Assembly (NCBI GenBank): GCA_040285745.1
Contig: JAUFOR010000008.1
Coordinates: 1,054,001-1,118,000 of the forward strand
Origin: Barthelona sp. PCE
Lineage: Eukaryota
Length of the DNA stretch: 64,000 nt
Direction of reading: 5' to 3'
Positions 11,251-21,848 of the stretch are shown in pieces; positions within the stretch are counted from its first letter, which is position 1; every line of letters begins with the position of its first letter. The position numbers and the translations under genes were made by a program. The notes below the pieces were generated by a model. The model saw only the letters and a program-made list of their open reading frames with translations. It had not been told where the DNA came from and did not search any database.

Positions 11251-13407
11251 ATGATTAAGTGTTTAATTGTTTTTGTACCTTTTATGAATTGCATTGAATC
11301 AGAACAGGATCAGGGAAGCCTTGAAGTTGATCTTCCGTTAGGCAGAGACTTAAAAATGCAACTACAGAAGGAGAAAATGAAATCGAAACCCTCAAATCTT
11401 AGAAAGAGGATTATTTCGACATTACCTGCGAAGATGCAGTACGTGGAAAGGGCAGTTGAAGATGATATTTTGACTACCAAAACCGAAATGGTGTCACTGG
11501 GATTTACACAAGATCAGCGTCAAAAACAAGATGAAGAGCGTGATATGCGACGCAGAAAGCGTCAGGCACAGTTGGACAAATGTAGGCTTAATCCTGAAGA
11601 CTTTGACATGATGAACATAGATGATCTTGGTGAGAAACTTGATGATGTTGCCAAACTTGGTATGTCCATCCTCAGAGATGCGAAGTCCGACCACTACTCC
11701 ACGCTGCAGAGCCCCCATCTGTATGGAACACTCACAGATTATCAGCAGATTGGCTTTTCCTGGCTTTCAGTTATGTTTGATCAAGGACTTAGTGGGATCC
11801 TCGGTGACGAAATGGGCCTAGGAAAGAGTGTGCAGACAATAGCGCTGTTGAACTATATGAAATTCGGTGTTCCAGAACAGAATTTATCAGTCATTATTGT
11901 ACCAGTATCGACAATTGAGAATTGGGAAAGAGAGATCATCAGATTCGCCCCCGGGCTGAACTACATGCTTTATTACGGAAGCCAGAAGGAGCGTGGAAGG
12001 CAGCGTGATTTCTTACGTTTTTCTCAAACTGACGCAATTGATGTGATCGTTACAACGTATTCTTTGTTTAATCTAAAGAGCGACCAGGTGTTCTTCAACA
12101 ACCTGAGCAAGAAGAAGCCGATAGACCTGCTTGTTTTGGATGAAGCTCAATTCATTAAGAATTTTACATCGTCTCGCTTTCAGAAAACCAAACAGTTAAA
12201 TTCAAAGAGACGTTTACTCTTGACAGGAACCCCTCTGAGTAACTCTCTGTTAGACTTGTACACGCTTTTACACTTTTTAATGGAGCATCAATTTTTCATG
12301 AACGACAATGTACGAAAATTCTTTGCTGATTACGATGGTAACAAGAACGTAATTATTGACAAACTTAAAGCATGTCTCAATCCTTTTTTGTTGAGAAGGC
12401 TCAAGGATGAAGTGTTGAAATTACCAGAAAAGGAGGAGATTTTAGTTCGAATACCAATGACACCTGTTCAGAAATCGCATTACGTTGAAATGGTAAGAGA
12501 ACACCGTGAACAGATGCAAAAGTCCGAGAATAACACAGGGCAGACGTCCAATCTGATGATGAAGATGAGAAAAATGGCAAACCACGCACTTCTTTTCCAC
12601 ACATATCACAAGGGAAAAACTGATGATTTGGTTAGCCTTCTCGTTCAAACAGACATCAACGTCCTCAACAAGATCGCAGGCAGCATGACGTATGTGGATG
12701 GAGGGCTTTTAGAGAGAGAAAAGATGGTTACCACTGTACAAAAATGGAGTGATTTCGATATCAGTGCATTGGCACGAGACGCCGTTTTCGTCCATGGAAA
12801 GGAAGAGTACAGGCCGTACATCATCCCTGACGAGTGCTTCACAACATACTCGTCAAAGATACAGAAGTTGAAGTCATTAGTACCAAGGCTTGTTGCTGAG
12901 AAACACAAAATCTTGCTGTATTCCCAGTTCACAACAGTATTAGACTTCCTTCAGTATCTATTTGATGCAGAGCTCAACATCAAATACCTGCGTATCGACG
13001 GTAGCACACCGCAAAATCAAAGACAGCAGCGTGTGGACGTTTTCAACCGAGAAGACTCAGAATTTCCTGTTTTCCTATTAAGTACAAAGGCAGCAGGCCT
13101 GGGGATCAATCTCACGGGTGCAGATACTGTTGTTTTTTATGATAGCGATTGGAACCCGAGCAATGATCTTCAGGCGATCGACCGTTGTCACAGAATGGGT
13201 CAGGAGAAGGAGATTAAGGTGTACAGGTTGGTTTGTGTTGACTCTATCGACGAGATTATGGTTGATCGAGCGATAAAGAAGAGAGAGATGAACGTTAACA
13301 TGTTAGAGGATACAAAGCTTATTCACCAAGTGTTTGATGGTGACTCTGAGGCGCAAGATTTGCTTGAACGTGCTCTGAATCAGGTAACAAAACTTGAGAA
13401 CGAATAA
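11251..13407 (+). CDS. SNF2-family ATPase, SMARCAD1/Fun30-like
   Basis: GILGDEMGLGKS, DEAQ, LLTGTP, PFLLRRLK, MRKMANH, YSQFT, FLLSTKAAGLGINL, QAIDRCHRMGQ. The start may be the ATG at 11284. Confidence 0.92.
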   Translation: MIKCLIVFVPFMNCIESEQDQGSLEVDLPLGRDLKMQLQKEKMKSKPSNLRKRIISTLPAKMQYVERAVEDDILTTKTEMVSLGFTQDQRQKQDEERDMRRRKRQAQLDKCRLNPEDFDMMNIDDLGEKLDDVAKLGMSILRDAKSDHYSTLQSPHLYGTLTDYQQIGFSWLSVMFDQGLSGILGDEMGLGKSVQTIALLNYMKFGVPEQNLSVIIVPVSTIENWEREIIRFAPGLNYMLYYGSQKERGRQRDFLRFSQTDAIDVIVTTYSLFNLKSDQVFFNNLSKKKPIDLLVLDEAQFIKNFTSSRFQKTKQLNSKRRLLLTGTPLSNSLLDLYTLLHFLMEHQFFMNDNVRKFFADYDGNKNVIIDKLKACLNPFLLRRLKDEVLKLPEKEEILVRIPMTPVQKSHYVEMVREHREQMQKSENNTGQTSNLMMKMRKMANHALLFHTYHKGKTDDLVSLLVQTDINVLNKIAGSMTYVDGGLLEREKMVTTVQKWSDFDISALARDAVFVHGKEEYRPYIIPDECFTTYSSKIQKLKSLVPRLVAEKHKILLYSQFTTVLDFLQYLFDAELNIKYLRIDGSTPQNQRQQRVDVFNREDSEFPVFLLSTKAAGLGINLTGADTVVFYDSDWNPSNDLQAIDRCHRMGQEKEIKVYRLVCVDSIDEIMVDRAIKKREMNVNMLEDTKLIHQVFDGDSEAQDLLERALNQVTKLENE

Positions 13408-13555
13408 ACAAGGAAAGATTTTAATTTTATGAATACTCTTATTTGGCATATTTCCATCCGTCTGGCACCGTTGATATCGTGTTTGAGGAGTGTTTGCCCT
13501 TCAAAAATTAAGGGATGCCCGTTTTTGCTTAATTCAAACTTTCACACAACGCAAA

Positions 13556-14374
13556 ATGTCTGAAGAACTCCAATCTCGCTTGCAACAGTTCATAAAGGCC
13601 AGAAACCCGGAGCTTCGCACCGCCTTTACCGATTACTCCTTAAAGGGACTTACAAAGTCTAGATTTATGCGTGTTCTGTCAATTGTCGGGTTCCCACTCC
13701 TTCCCGGTGAGCCTGAGGAGCTTGCAGACATGTTCATGCTCGAAAATGAGCGCTTTGTTAACTGGAGGAGGTTCATTATTTGGTTAGGCGATGTTGAAGA
13801 GGAAGACACCATTCCTACAAAGAAAAAGGGAGCCACAATCACCGTGTACCCCGAACCTAACATCCAAAACCTGAGGAACCTTCGTCTTAAGGAACACTTT
13901 CTGCCTTTCGATCGTCATAATCATGGACGTCTCCCTCTTGCCACATTCACCCGTGTCCTCGGCCAGATGAACGTGAACATGGAGACTGATAAGGCCAAGG
14001 AGCTAGTTGGTGAGGCATACATTGCTGAGACCGATGAAGTTGACTGGAGAATGTTTATTGCTAATTTACCTCAAGAAACTGTTGACAACCTAAAGGACAC
14101 CAATCCCATTGGTCCATCAGACGATGAATTGTTGCGCAAGATTAAGGACTATGTCGATCAGCGTGGTTTGATTATCAAACCGATTTTTGATGATTTTGAC
14201 GCTCAAAACCGTGGTAGAATCACTGAGGATCAATTCCAACGTTGTTTAAAAATGTTGTTTCCTCTTAACAGCAATCAAATTAATCAGCTTTGTACTATTT
14301 ATTTACATGAAGAAGAAGGGCTTATCAGATACCTTCCGTTCATCTCAGAAGTGGATCCTCTTTATAAATTCTAA
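13556..14374 (+). CDS. EF-hand calcium-binding protein
   Basis: Degenerate EF-hand pairs (FDRHNHGRL, FDAQNRGRITEDQF, VNWRRF/VDWRMF/IRYLPF); first ATG at 13556. Confidence 0.8.
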   Translation: MSEELQSRLQQFIKARNPELRTAFTDYSLKGLTKSRFMRVLSIVGFPLLPGEPEELADMFMLENERFVNWRRFIIWLGDVEEEDTIPTKKKGATITVYPEPNIQNLRNLRLKEHFLPFDRHNHGRLPLATFTRVLGQMNVNMETDKAKELVGEAYIAETDEVDWRMFIANLPQETVDNLKDTNPIGPSDDELLRKIKDYVDQRGLIIKPIFDDFDAQNRGRITEDQFQRCLKMLFPLNSNQINQLCTIYLHEEEGLIRYLPFISEVDPLYKF

Positions 14375-14437
14375 TGAGATAGATCGAATTTTGTAATTCA
14401 CTTTAATTTGTGCATATTTATGTAATATAACAGTGTA

Positions 14438-14866
14438 TCATACAGTAAAATCTCTGCGCTTATCACGTTTTTGAGTTAATCTTATGCAAAAACGATGTAC
14501 AATGGGAATTCTAAAAAATCTACCAATTATTGGAGTATTTCGAAGTACTGTTAAGGCAGCAGGTAAAAAGTTTCCAAAGAGATTGATGAATCCAAAACCT
14601 TCTAAAACAATGCCAAAAAATGGCCAACCAATAAAAACTAAGAAAATTCCTAAACACATTATAATTGTACCTCTAAGTCTCTTCTTGGTGAAGAAGAAGC
14701 TGGTTGCGTTCTTTGGGCCCACAGTTAGAATTGCACCTGCAACGAAACATAAGTTACCAATGGTTAAAAGTACTTTGTCCAGTAATAATATCATTCCAAG
14801 CAGTGTGAGGCCTATGCCAATGCCCACGAGCATCGTCCCCAACTTTTTTTGCTGACTCATAAACAT
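14438..14866 (-). CDS. GOT1: Got1/Sft2-family vesicle transport protein
   Basis: QKKLG.MLVGIG...LGMILLLDKVLLTIGNL...GWPFFGIVLEGFGFINLFGNFLP...LRNTPIIG; first ATG at 14866. Confidence 0.92.
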   Translation of the reverse strand: MFMSQQKKLGTMLVGIGIGLTLLGMILLLDKVLLTIGNLCFVAGAILTVGPKNATSFFFTKKRLRGTIIMCLGIFLVFIGWPFFGIVLEGFGFINLFGNFLPAALTVLRNTPIIGRFFRIPIVHRFCIRLTQKRDKRRDFTV

Positions 14867-15146
14867 AGGATGTAGAGAAAATGGTAAAAAAACCCAAAAC
14901 AATTCAATGTTCTTTACAACAATATCCGCGTTGAGAACCGGTTCAGCATGAGTATTTTTCCTTGTAAAGAACAAATGGGGATCGAATGCACAATGCGCAC
15001 CTTAATCACTTTACCAGAAGATAGGCTCATTTATAGATTATTTCTACATGTAAAGGTAGATTATATCAGAATACTCACCTAAATACAGTGCCAATGTTCA
15101 TGAAACACTGTGATTAAGAGAAAATATTTATAAATTTGTTTATTGC

Positions 15147-16355
15147 TTACCATTCAAAATGCTTTTGCTGCTTTCTCTTGCTACGACCCTTCTTACTCCT
15201 CTTCACAACCACAGCTCTCTTTTTCTTATTCTCTTCTTGTCTACGAACTCTTTTCATAACCTCATCATATCTGCGTTCACCTCTCCGCCTCTTTTGCTTA
15301 GGCTCTGGTTCTTCTTCCTGCTCTTCTTCGGTCTCTTCAGCCTCATCCTCATCGAACCTTTCCTCACGTAGAGTATCAATAGTGTTGGGATTACCATCCA
15401 TATTCTCTAATGCACTGATGTAAGTATTTAGCTCATTCAATTCTTCAACACTGATACCCTTCTCAACGTCTTCATCAAGTGAAACAGCAAGGCTTTCAGG
15501 GAAAGAAGGTACTCCAGGACCTTCATAATGAAATCTTCTCAAAAAGAATTTGTGTAACTCATTGCAGTCTCTTTCAAAGTATTCTCTCGCTTTATGATGC
15601 GTCAAAGGGATCATCTGAGGGAAATCAATCACAGTGACACGAAGATCATCAGTGACCATGATGTTAAACTCGTTAAAATCACCATGAACTAAACCGTGCA
15701 ATGCTAGTCGGCTAATGATGCCCATCAACCGGGTGTAGAGCAACTCGGGGTCTCCACAGTCTGTGATCTGCTGCAGTGGGTATCCCTCAGCCAATGACAT
15801 GACAAGGCAATGACGGTTGCAAGCAATTGGAATTGGAACTGGAAAATCATGATCAAGAAGGGTGGTCATGTACGCGAACTCTTTGAGGGTGGCAAGACGA
15901 CTCAGGTACATCCAGCCAACGTGTTTACGGTTACCGTGGTAATCACGAACGTTCTTAACACCTCTAAATGAGATACGACCTAATCGCTCAAATTTGAGAA
16001 CGACAGGAGCATCTGCTTCATTGTATCCCATGTAAATGTCAGCCTCTTTGCCCACACCGATCTGTGAACCAACGCTGACAAGATGCCCCTGCTTGACAAG
16101 TGCGTTTAAAGCTAAATAATCGTAACCTCTCCATGTAAGTGCATACCCATCATATACTTTGTTCTCGTGTTTCACAAGCTTCATCTTAAGGCATTCTCTG
16201 ATTGCATGATGTGCTGATCCCCTTTTGAGTGCAGCAATTCTTTCAATAATCTCAACTGGTGTGATTTCGTGGTTCTTCATGCCCATTTCGACAGCTACGA
16301 GGATCCTCCACATTTCAGTAGTGACCGCTCGAAACATACTAACGTCGAACTTCAT
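15147..16355 (-). CDS. RIO2: RIO2 kinase
   Basis: N-terminal wHTH VEMGMKNHE, YDGYALTWRGYDYLAL, IGVGKEADIY, HGDFNEFN, IDFPQM. Confidence 0.97.
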   Translation of the reverse strand: MKFDVSMFRAVTTEMWRILVAVEMGMKNHEITPVEIIERIAALKRGSAHHAIRECLKMKLVKHENKVYDGYALTWRGYDYLALNALVKQGHLVSVGSQIGVGKEADIYMGYNEADAPVVLKFERLGRISFRGVKNVRDYHGNRKHVGWMYLSRLATLKEFAYMTTLLDHDFPVPIPIACNRHCLVMSLAEGYPLQQITDCGDPELLYTRLMGIISRLALHGLVHGDFNEFNIMVTDDLRVTVIDFPQMIPLTHHKAREYFERDCNELHKFFLRRFHYEGPGVPSFPESLAVSLDEDVEKGISVEELNELNTYISALENMDGNPNTIDTLREERFDEDEAEETEEEQEEEPEPKQKRRRGERRYDEVMKRVRRQEENKKKRAVVVKRSKKGRSKRKQQKHFEW

Positions 16356-16648
16356 AGTAAAAGAAAGGTTTCTGAAAATGGATTTATTACTGTACTAGCC
16401 TGTTCTGAGAGGCACAAATAGTGAAATGATCACAGAAAAACACTAATTCATCCATGTGACAATGGAAACTCCGTGTTTAGTTCCATACCAACGATAGCCC
16501 ACTTTTAAGGTTTTATAAGCGGGCCACGGAGCCAAAAAGATATTTTAAACGTATTTACCCACATTTTCGTAACTAAAAGTGAAAATAAGCTGCTTTACTG
16601 TTTACAGCCTCCTCCTTCATTTTTTCTTTTTTGCACAATGTCCAGGTG

Positions 16649-17302
16649 ATGAGCATAAATCGACACAAGCGTACATGGGCCGAAAGAAGCGACCCAACCC
16701 CAAAATTAGAGAATTTTCGAACAAAGACTAACAATATAACGTGCGATTCAATATTTAGTGAACTTTTCATGTGCTACAAGATGATTGATGATGTTGACCT
16801 CTTTAATTTAGATACCCACACAATCGAGAGCACTACTTCTCCATTTTTAGATGAAGACAGCCCTTCAAACACACAAATAGTAAGTCCCAGGAGAAAAAGA
16901 CCGACAAGTCCTCGCAACGTAGAAGGTCCTGCTACCTTTTTTGACGTATACAACAAACATATGACCAATTCCAAGAATTACTCTCATTATTTCTTAAGAA
17001 ATGAACCTGTTTTCACCGAAGATTGCGTTGAAAGCGAACCTTTTGATCTGGAAGATCTTCAAAGACGGAACAAAACTCCTCAGGTTTTTAATCAATCTTG
17101 TAGTGTTTACACAAGAGAAAAAGCACGTTATTGCTGTAAGAAGCATGACGGTGAATTCATTTACATATCAAATCTCAGTGCTTTTCAGCACATTTTTGCT
17201 GCTGAGAAAAATATTCGTAAAAGAACAATAACAAAATCTGAACAACCCATGAAGATTCAAACTACTTCAAATGACCAATCTTTTACACTTGATTTCTTTT
17301 AA
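16649..17302 (+). CDS. Hypothetical protein with weak YL1-C-like motif
   Basis: CSVYTREKARYCC...YISNLSAFQHI loosely resembles YL1 C-terminal C.ITG..ARY.D....Y....AF..I; first ATG at 16649. Confidence 0.45.
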   Translation: MSINRHKRTWAERSDPTPKLENFRTKTNNITCDSIFSELFMCYKMIDDVDLFNLDTHTIESTTSPFLDEDSPSNTQIVSPRRKRPTSPRNVEGPATFFDVYNKHMTNSKNYSHYFLRNEPVFTEDCVESEPFDLEDLQRRNKTPQVFNQSCSVYTREKARYCCKKHDGEFIYISNLSAFQHIFAAEKNIRKRTITKSEQPMKIQTTSNDQSFTLDFF

Positions 17303-17496
17303 AGTGATAATAAAATACAATAGTCAGGTCTTACAATAACCCACCACTTTCTCTTACAGATCAAATATTCATATACACAATATTTCACACACCATACAGA
17401 CAATGTATCCGCAAACTAACATGCATTAACCAAGTGATATGGTCTTATAATAAACAGTTTGTGTTTCGCTTATTTTACCCTCTCTATAAACATATA

Positions 17497-20400
17497 ATGG
17501 TAGAAGCTGGGGAAATTGATGTGTATGTTCGGGAATACCGCAAGCTACTGCAACAATCAATTGAAAATAGTAATCCTGAACACGGGGAAGAGCGAAAAAT
17601 TGCTCTTTTAACGTCAATCTGTTCATTGATGCAGAGAGACGTGGGGCTAATCGTCACAGAGGCCTTCTTGTCGGTGTTTTTTGAAGCTTCAGTGGAGAAA
17701 TCTTACAAAGTAGTTCAATGTGCTACGAAATCTATTTCTACACTTATTCAAACCAATCTCTCCGTCACACAGCTGGTCCTCACTGCTCCTTCGGTACTTT
17801 TAACAAAATTTATCCGTACAGATGTTGAGTATGATTATCTCACTGCCGTCATGGCAGAATGTGGTATCTGGATTTGGTGTTCCTTTTATTATCAAGTGAA
17901 AAACCCCGATTCGCTCCCTACAAACATCATACGTGGCTTGTTTCCGAAGTTTGGTAGACTATGCAGTCTTGTTGAACAAGTTGTCCGCCACATAGGAAAG
18001 TTATCTGCAAAGATTGGATCAAGTCAATCAAGTGCCATGCTCTCTAGTGTTCACTTTGTTTCCATCTTTGCTCACATCGGATATTGTTTGGATACGAATG
18101 TTTCAGCTCTCCCAACTAATTCAATTCAACGAAAATTCGTAGTACCAGGAAGTTTTCCTGAAAAAGCCAAATCTCGACTAATGACAATGGCTGGATCCTT
18201 CCTAAAGCATATAACGGCGTGGATTCTGCCGCGTAAGGACATGGCTCACGTTGGAATATTTGTCGCAAAGTGTATTATGGAACTGGTTCCACATGTGCAC
18301 CACGATTTTTTCGGAGATTTCGTTGGAGTTATTGACTCCCAGGGATGTGTCACGGGCGTTGTATCCATGTTGGATACGGTCCAGAAGCGGACCTTGATTC
18401 ATTTAATGAGCAAATTTGTTCAGAACTGTAGACGAATATTAAGTAGAATGGCTACTCGTCAGGTTGATCTGTTGCGCATAGTCCAGACTATGGGCCTTGC
18501 GCTGGGCGTTCGAGGAGCCAAGGATGATTTGACCGAAAACGAAAGGCAGGAGGAGCTTCGCTTTTTGGTGGACCTTTTTGAAAATGCCCTGGAGAAGAAA
18601 ATGATTGACAGAGAGCTGCTCATCAGTGTTGTCATGGACAATCTCAAGAGAAACATACCAACGCTGAGCGTGCTTCAGGAGTTTCAATTGGATGAGAGTG
18701 ATATCGAAGATGACATTCATGAAACCCTCGATTTATGTACACCAGCAGCCCCATACCGCGTGGAAGAGGTTGAAGTCGACGAGGGAGCCCTCTTTGATGC
18801 GATGGCTGCCCTGAAACCCGACGATTCCCTTTCCGCCTCTGTTAATTTGGTCAAAGAGATGCTGATGGTGGCAGCGCAGGTTGATGATAAAAAGCAGTTC
18901 AGGTTGGTTTTGGGTGTCCTGCGCTCCATCCCGCTCAAGAATCCGCAGTGGATGGAAGCCGTTGTAGAAACTCTGGCGTCAGTTGAGAGCGGACCGATCG
19001 TTGCGTATATAATGGATCATGATCCCGAAATCGCAGCCCCTGTGCTGCGGGAGCTCGTACAGATGGGAGTTGACGTAGTCCCTGCTGTCTCAAAGGTTGC
19101 GAAACACGTAGAAGTGTACATTGAGACTTTACGCAGCACAAAGTCTGAGAACGCACTGTCGCCTATGATCCACCTCGCCAAGCGCCCCGCCTACGCGGAG
19201 GCTGCGTTCTCTGCGTTTTTTGAGCTTGCAATACAGATGGAGACATCAGCTCTAACGTGCTACAACACTGACTATCTGCAATCATCGTTTGCGACATTCA
19301 CCCGACAATACATGGATACGGGCTGCGACCGCGTGTTCGATGCGATGGAGGAGCAGGACAACACATTGGTTATGAAAGAAAAACAGGTCAGCATAGAAAC
19401 GTTCCTGCAGTTTTTGATCCAGGTCAACGCCAATGGATCTGCTGGTATCCTCGGTCTGATGAGGCTTGCTGCCCGCATGGACAACGTGCAACCGCTCATC
19501 AATAGCCTAAGTCGGATTAACTTTTCATACCGACTGACGTTGTCAAGAACCAGAGAGTTTTTGGTGCAAGAGCTACCAGTTAATATCCTTGAAGTGATGC
19601 TTTCGTGCCCGTTTGAGGCCGACCCACATGTTTTTATCTCATTGGCAACAGCAATTTTTGGTTATTATCAAAATAATAAGGATTATCTGTACTCTCTACT
19701 TCTGACCAGTAGAGGTCTGAACCGTGATCAACTGCTGGAGCTTGCTCGTATTTACGTGGAGCATATCCAGAACTGCGAGGAAGATGACGACGAATCTGAC
19801 GATGACGATGAAGACATCGACTTGGATGCGTTTGAAGCCGGAATGGTTTCCACTGATATGCAAGATGAGAAGGGTATCGATATTGAGTTGTTCACTAAGA
19901 ACCTATTTGACGGTATTCACTCGAATTTCTATGAGAAATTGGATAGTGGTGTCTCAACAGGAGAGGAGATGATGTCAGTTGACAACTTTGTTGTGCCTGC
20001 TAAGGACCATGCTTATTTCCAAGGACTGTTGGATCAACGCGAAACAGTTAGTCTTGACGAGTTCCTTTTGCACGGTTTTAATATTTGTGCGAATACAAAT
20101 GAAACACTAGACACATTCACTCAGTTTATTCGCCTCATGTCGGTCAATGAGCCCATACGGGAGTGTTTCTCAAGGTTCTTTGTTGCCCTTTCAACCGAGG
20201 AGAGGGTTTCGAATGATCAGCCAATATTCCTTGCGTTTTTGGCCGTTCTGCGTGTCATGACTGAGGCACAGCTGAACATATACACCTCAGAGCTTCAAGA
20301 TCTGTTGTTCGGTCATTTGTTAGGTAAGTTACAGAATCTTGAGTACTACGAAAAAGAAAATGTTTATTCATCGTCCATGAGGCTTTTTGAGTGGATTATT

Positions 20401-20565
20401 AACTTCTCTGATAGCAAATGGGCTATATCCCTACTCATGACGATGCCGATTACTCTGGCACAAGAATCTATTGCAAACCTCAGTGAAGATAATCTGGAAA
20501 CGTTTAGAAACAGTACTGCCAACCTTGATGTGCCAATGTACCTACAGGAAAGCCTGAGAGGCTAA
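17497..20565 (+). CDS. Large alpha-helical (HEAT/ARM-like) protein with acidic loop
   Basis: Uninterrupted ORF of about 1020 aa, Leu-rich helical composition, acidic patch EEDDDESDDDDED as in importin-like proteins; family not assigned. Confidence 0.6.
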   Translation: MVEAGEIDVYVREYRKLLQQSIENSNPEHGEERKIALLTSICSLMQRDVGLIVTEAFLSVFFEASVEKSYKVVQCATKSISTLIQTNLSVTQLVLTAPSVLLTKFIRTDVEYDYLTAVMAECGIWIWCSFYYQVKNPDSLPTNIIRGLFPKFGRLCSLVEQVVRHIGKLSAKIGSSQSSAMLSSVHFVSIFAHIGYCLDTNVSALPTNSIQRKFVVPGSFPEKAKSRLMTMAGSFLKHITAWILPRKDMAHVGIFVAKCIMELVPHVHHDFFGDFVGVIDSQGCVTGVVSMLDTVQKRTLIHLMSKFVQNCRRILSRMATRQVDLLRIVQTMGLALGVRGAKDDLTENERQEELRFLVDLFENALEKKMIDRELLISVVMDNLKRNIPTLSVLQEFQLDESDIEDDIHETLDLCTPAAPYRVEEVEVDEGALFDAMAALKPDDSLSASVNLVKEMLMVAAQVDDKKQFRLVLGVLRSIPLKNPQWMEAVVETLASVESGPIVAYIMDHDPEIAAPVLRELVQMGVDVVPAVSKVAKHVEVYIETLRSTKSENALSPMIHLAKRPAYAEAAFSAFFELAIQMETSALTCYNTDYLQSSFATFTRQYMDTGCDRVFDAMEEQDNTLVMKEKQVSIETFLQFLIQVNANGSAGILGLMRLAARMDNVQPLINSLSRINFSYRLTLSRTREFLVQELPVNILEVMLSCPFEADPHVFISLATAIFGYYQNNKDYLYSLLLTSRGLNRDQLLELARIYVEHIQNCEEDDDESDDDDEDIDLDAFEAGMVSTDMQDEKGIDIELFTKNLFDGIHSNFYEKLDSGVSTGEEMMSVDNFVVPAKDHAYFQGLLDQRETVSLDEFLLHGFNICANTNETLDTFTQFIRLMSVNEPIRECFSRFFVALSTEERVSNDQPIFLAFLAVLRVMTEAQLNIYTSELQDLLFGHLLGKLQNLEYYEKENVYSSSMRLFEWIINFSDSKWAISLLMTMPITLAQESIANLSEDNLETFRNSTANLDVPMYLQESLRG

Positions 20566-20574
20566 TAAAACCAA

Positions 20575-21693
20575 CTATTCTACCGTTTCTTCTTTGTAGG
20601 CAAAATACTGTGTCGTCCCCAGCACTGGATCAACTCTGTAATCTGTGCGCATGTACCATTGGAGAGCAGACAGGGACCTGAATGTGTGATACGGGTCTAT
20701 GCCGTTTGGAGGATGATCTGTAAAACCTTTGTATTGCTGGGTGATAAGGAGCAGAAACCCCTTCTGATAATCAACACTGATAGGAATATCCATTATTTGC
20801 ACGCATGCACCGAGCCAATACGAGTAGCACGAGTCTGGGAGCTTCTGTGGTCGGCCGTTGAATCCACCGCACAAACTGCACTGTCTCCTCATGATCCATC
20901 TCTTGGCAGCCTTCTTGTTAAACGTAACTGGGTGGCCCAGTCGGCCCAGTAACCCGCTGAGCGCGATTGCACAGTAGGTATAGCCTGCGTGCGCTTCACA
21001 ATCTATCTCTGGGGCAAATCCTCCATCGTGTCTCTGTAACAACACAATGAATCTGGAAAGCCGGCTATAGAAGTCGTCTATCGTATCTTCCAACATATCC
21101 ATCACCCCAAAAAGGTGCGCAGACATTATAATGGAATATGTTGTTCGCATGTCATACTCGCCATTTAGTTCTGTTCGAAACGCAATCCAGTCATCCTTCT
21201 CAACCAGCAGGTGCTCCATCAGGGCAATAAACTCTCTTTTTAACAGTATGCTGGGTGATTTCCCAAAAAAATATAGTATACAAGCAGCGGCATAGTTGCT
21301 AGTACCCAAAAATGACAATCCAGGACCTCCACCATACCCTCCATATGTCCTGCACTTACATAAATTATCTAAAATGACCTTTCTGAAAGTAGAATTAAGT
21401 GGAACTCCCAAATAATACATTATATGAACAATCTCATACAAACGCCAAACATAGTTTGACAACATACCATCATGTTCGATTATGCTCCCCATGAGATCCG
21501 CAACGTATGCTCTGATACCCATATTATCAATAACGAGATCATTTTCTTCAGTTCTTTCCAAAACATCGCTACATGCCTTCATGGTACTCAAAAACATCGC
21601 CATGCTGGGCTCATTCCCCAAATTTGACTCGCCAAAATATTCTCTCTGCGTGTTAACGCTTGAAAGTCGGTGAAAATGCATTAATGGAATCAT
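20575..21693 (-). CDS. Protein prenyltransferase beta subunit (farnesyltransferase-like)
   Basis: GGYGGGPG, GEYDMRTTY, EAHAGYTYC, GGFNGRPQKLPDSCYSYW, DPYHT (Zn ligands D, C, H). Confidence 0.88.
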   Translation of the reverse strand: MIPLMHFHRLSSVNTQREYFGESNLGNEPSMAMFLSTMKACSDVLERTEENDLVIDNMGIRAYVADLMGSIIEHDGMLSNYVWRLYEIVHIMYYLGVPLNSTFRKVILDNLCKCRTYGGYGGGPGLSFLGTSNYAAACILYFFGKSPSILLKREFIALMEHLLVEKDDWIAFRTELNGEYDMRTTYSIIMSAHLFGVMDMLEDTIDDFYSRLSRFIVLLQRHDGGFAPEIDCEAHAGYTYCAIALSGLLGRLGHPVTFNKKAAKRWIMRRQCSLCGGFNGRPQKLPDSCYSYWLGACVQIMDIPISVDYQKGFLLLITQQYKGFTDHPPNGIDPYHTFRSLSALQWYMRTDYRVDPVLGTTQYFAYKEETVE

Positions 21694-21848
21694 GACAGAT
21701 AATTCCAATACAACTACAACTATTGGCCACTAAGCTCTAACAAACAGGCAATGGGCCAGATTTCTATCGTTATTAACCGTAAGAACCCCGTAAAACATTT
21801 TCCTTCCTTTTCTGAGGTAAAAAAAGATTAATTTTTAACCAAAGGGCT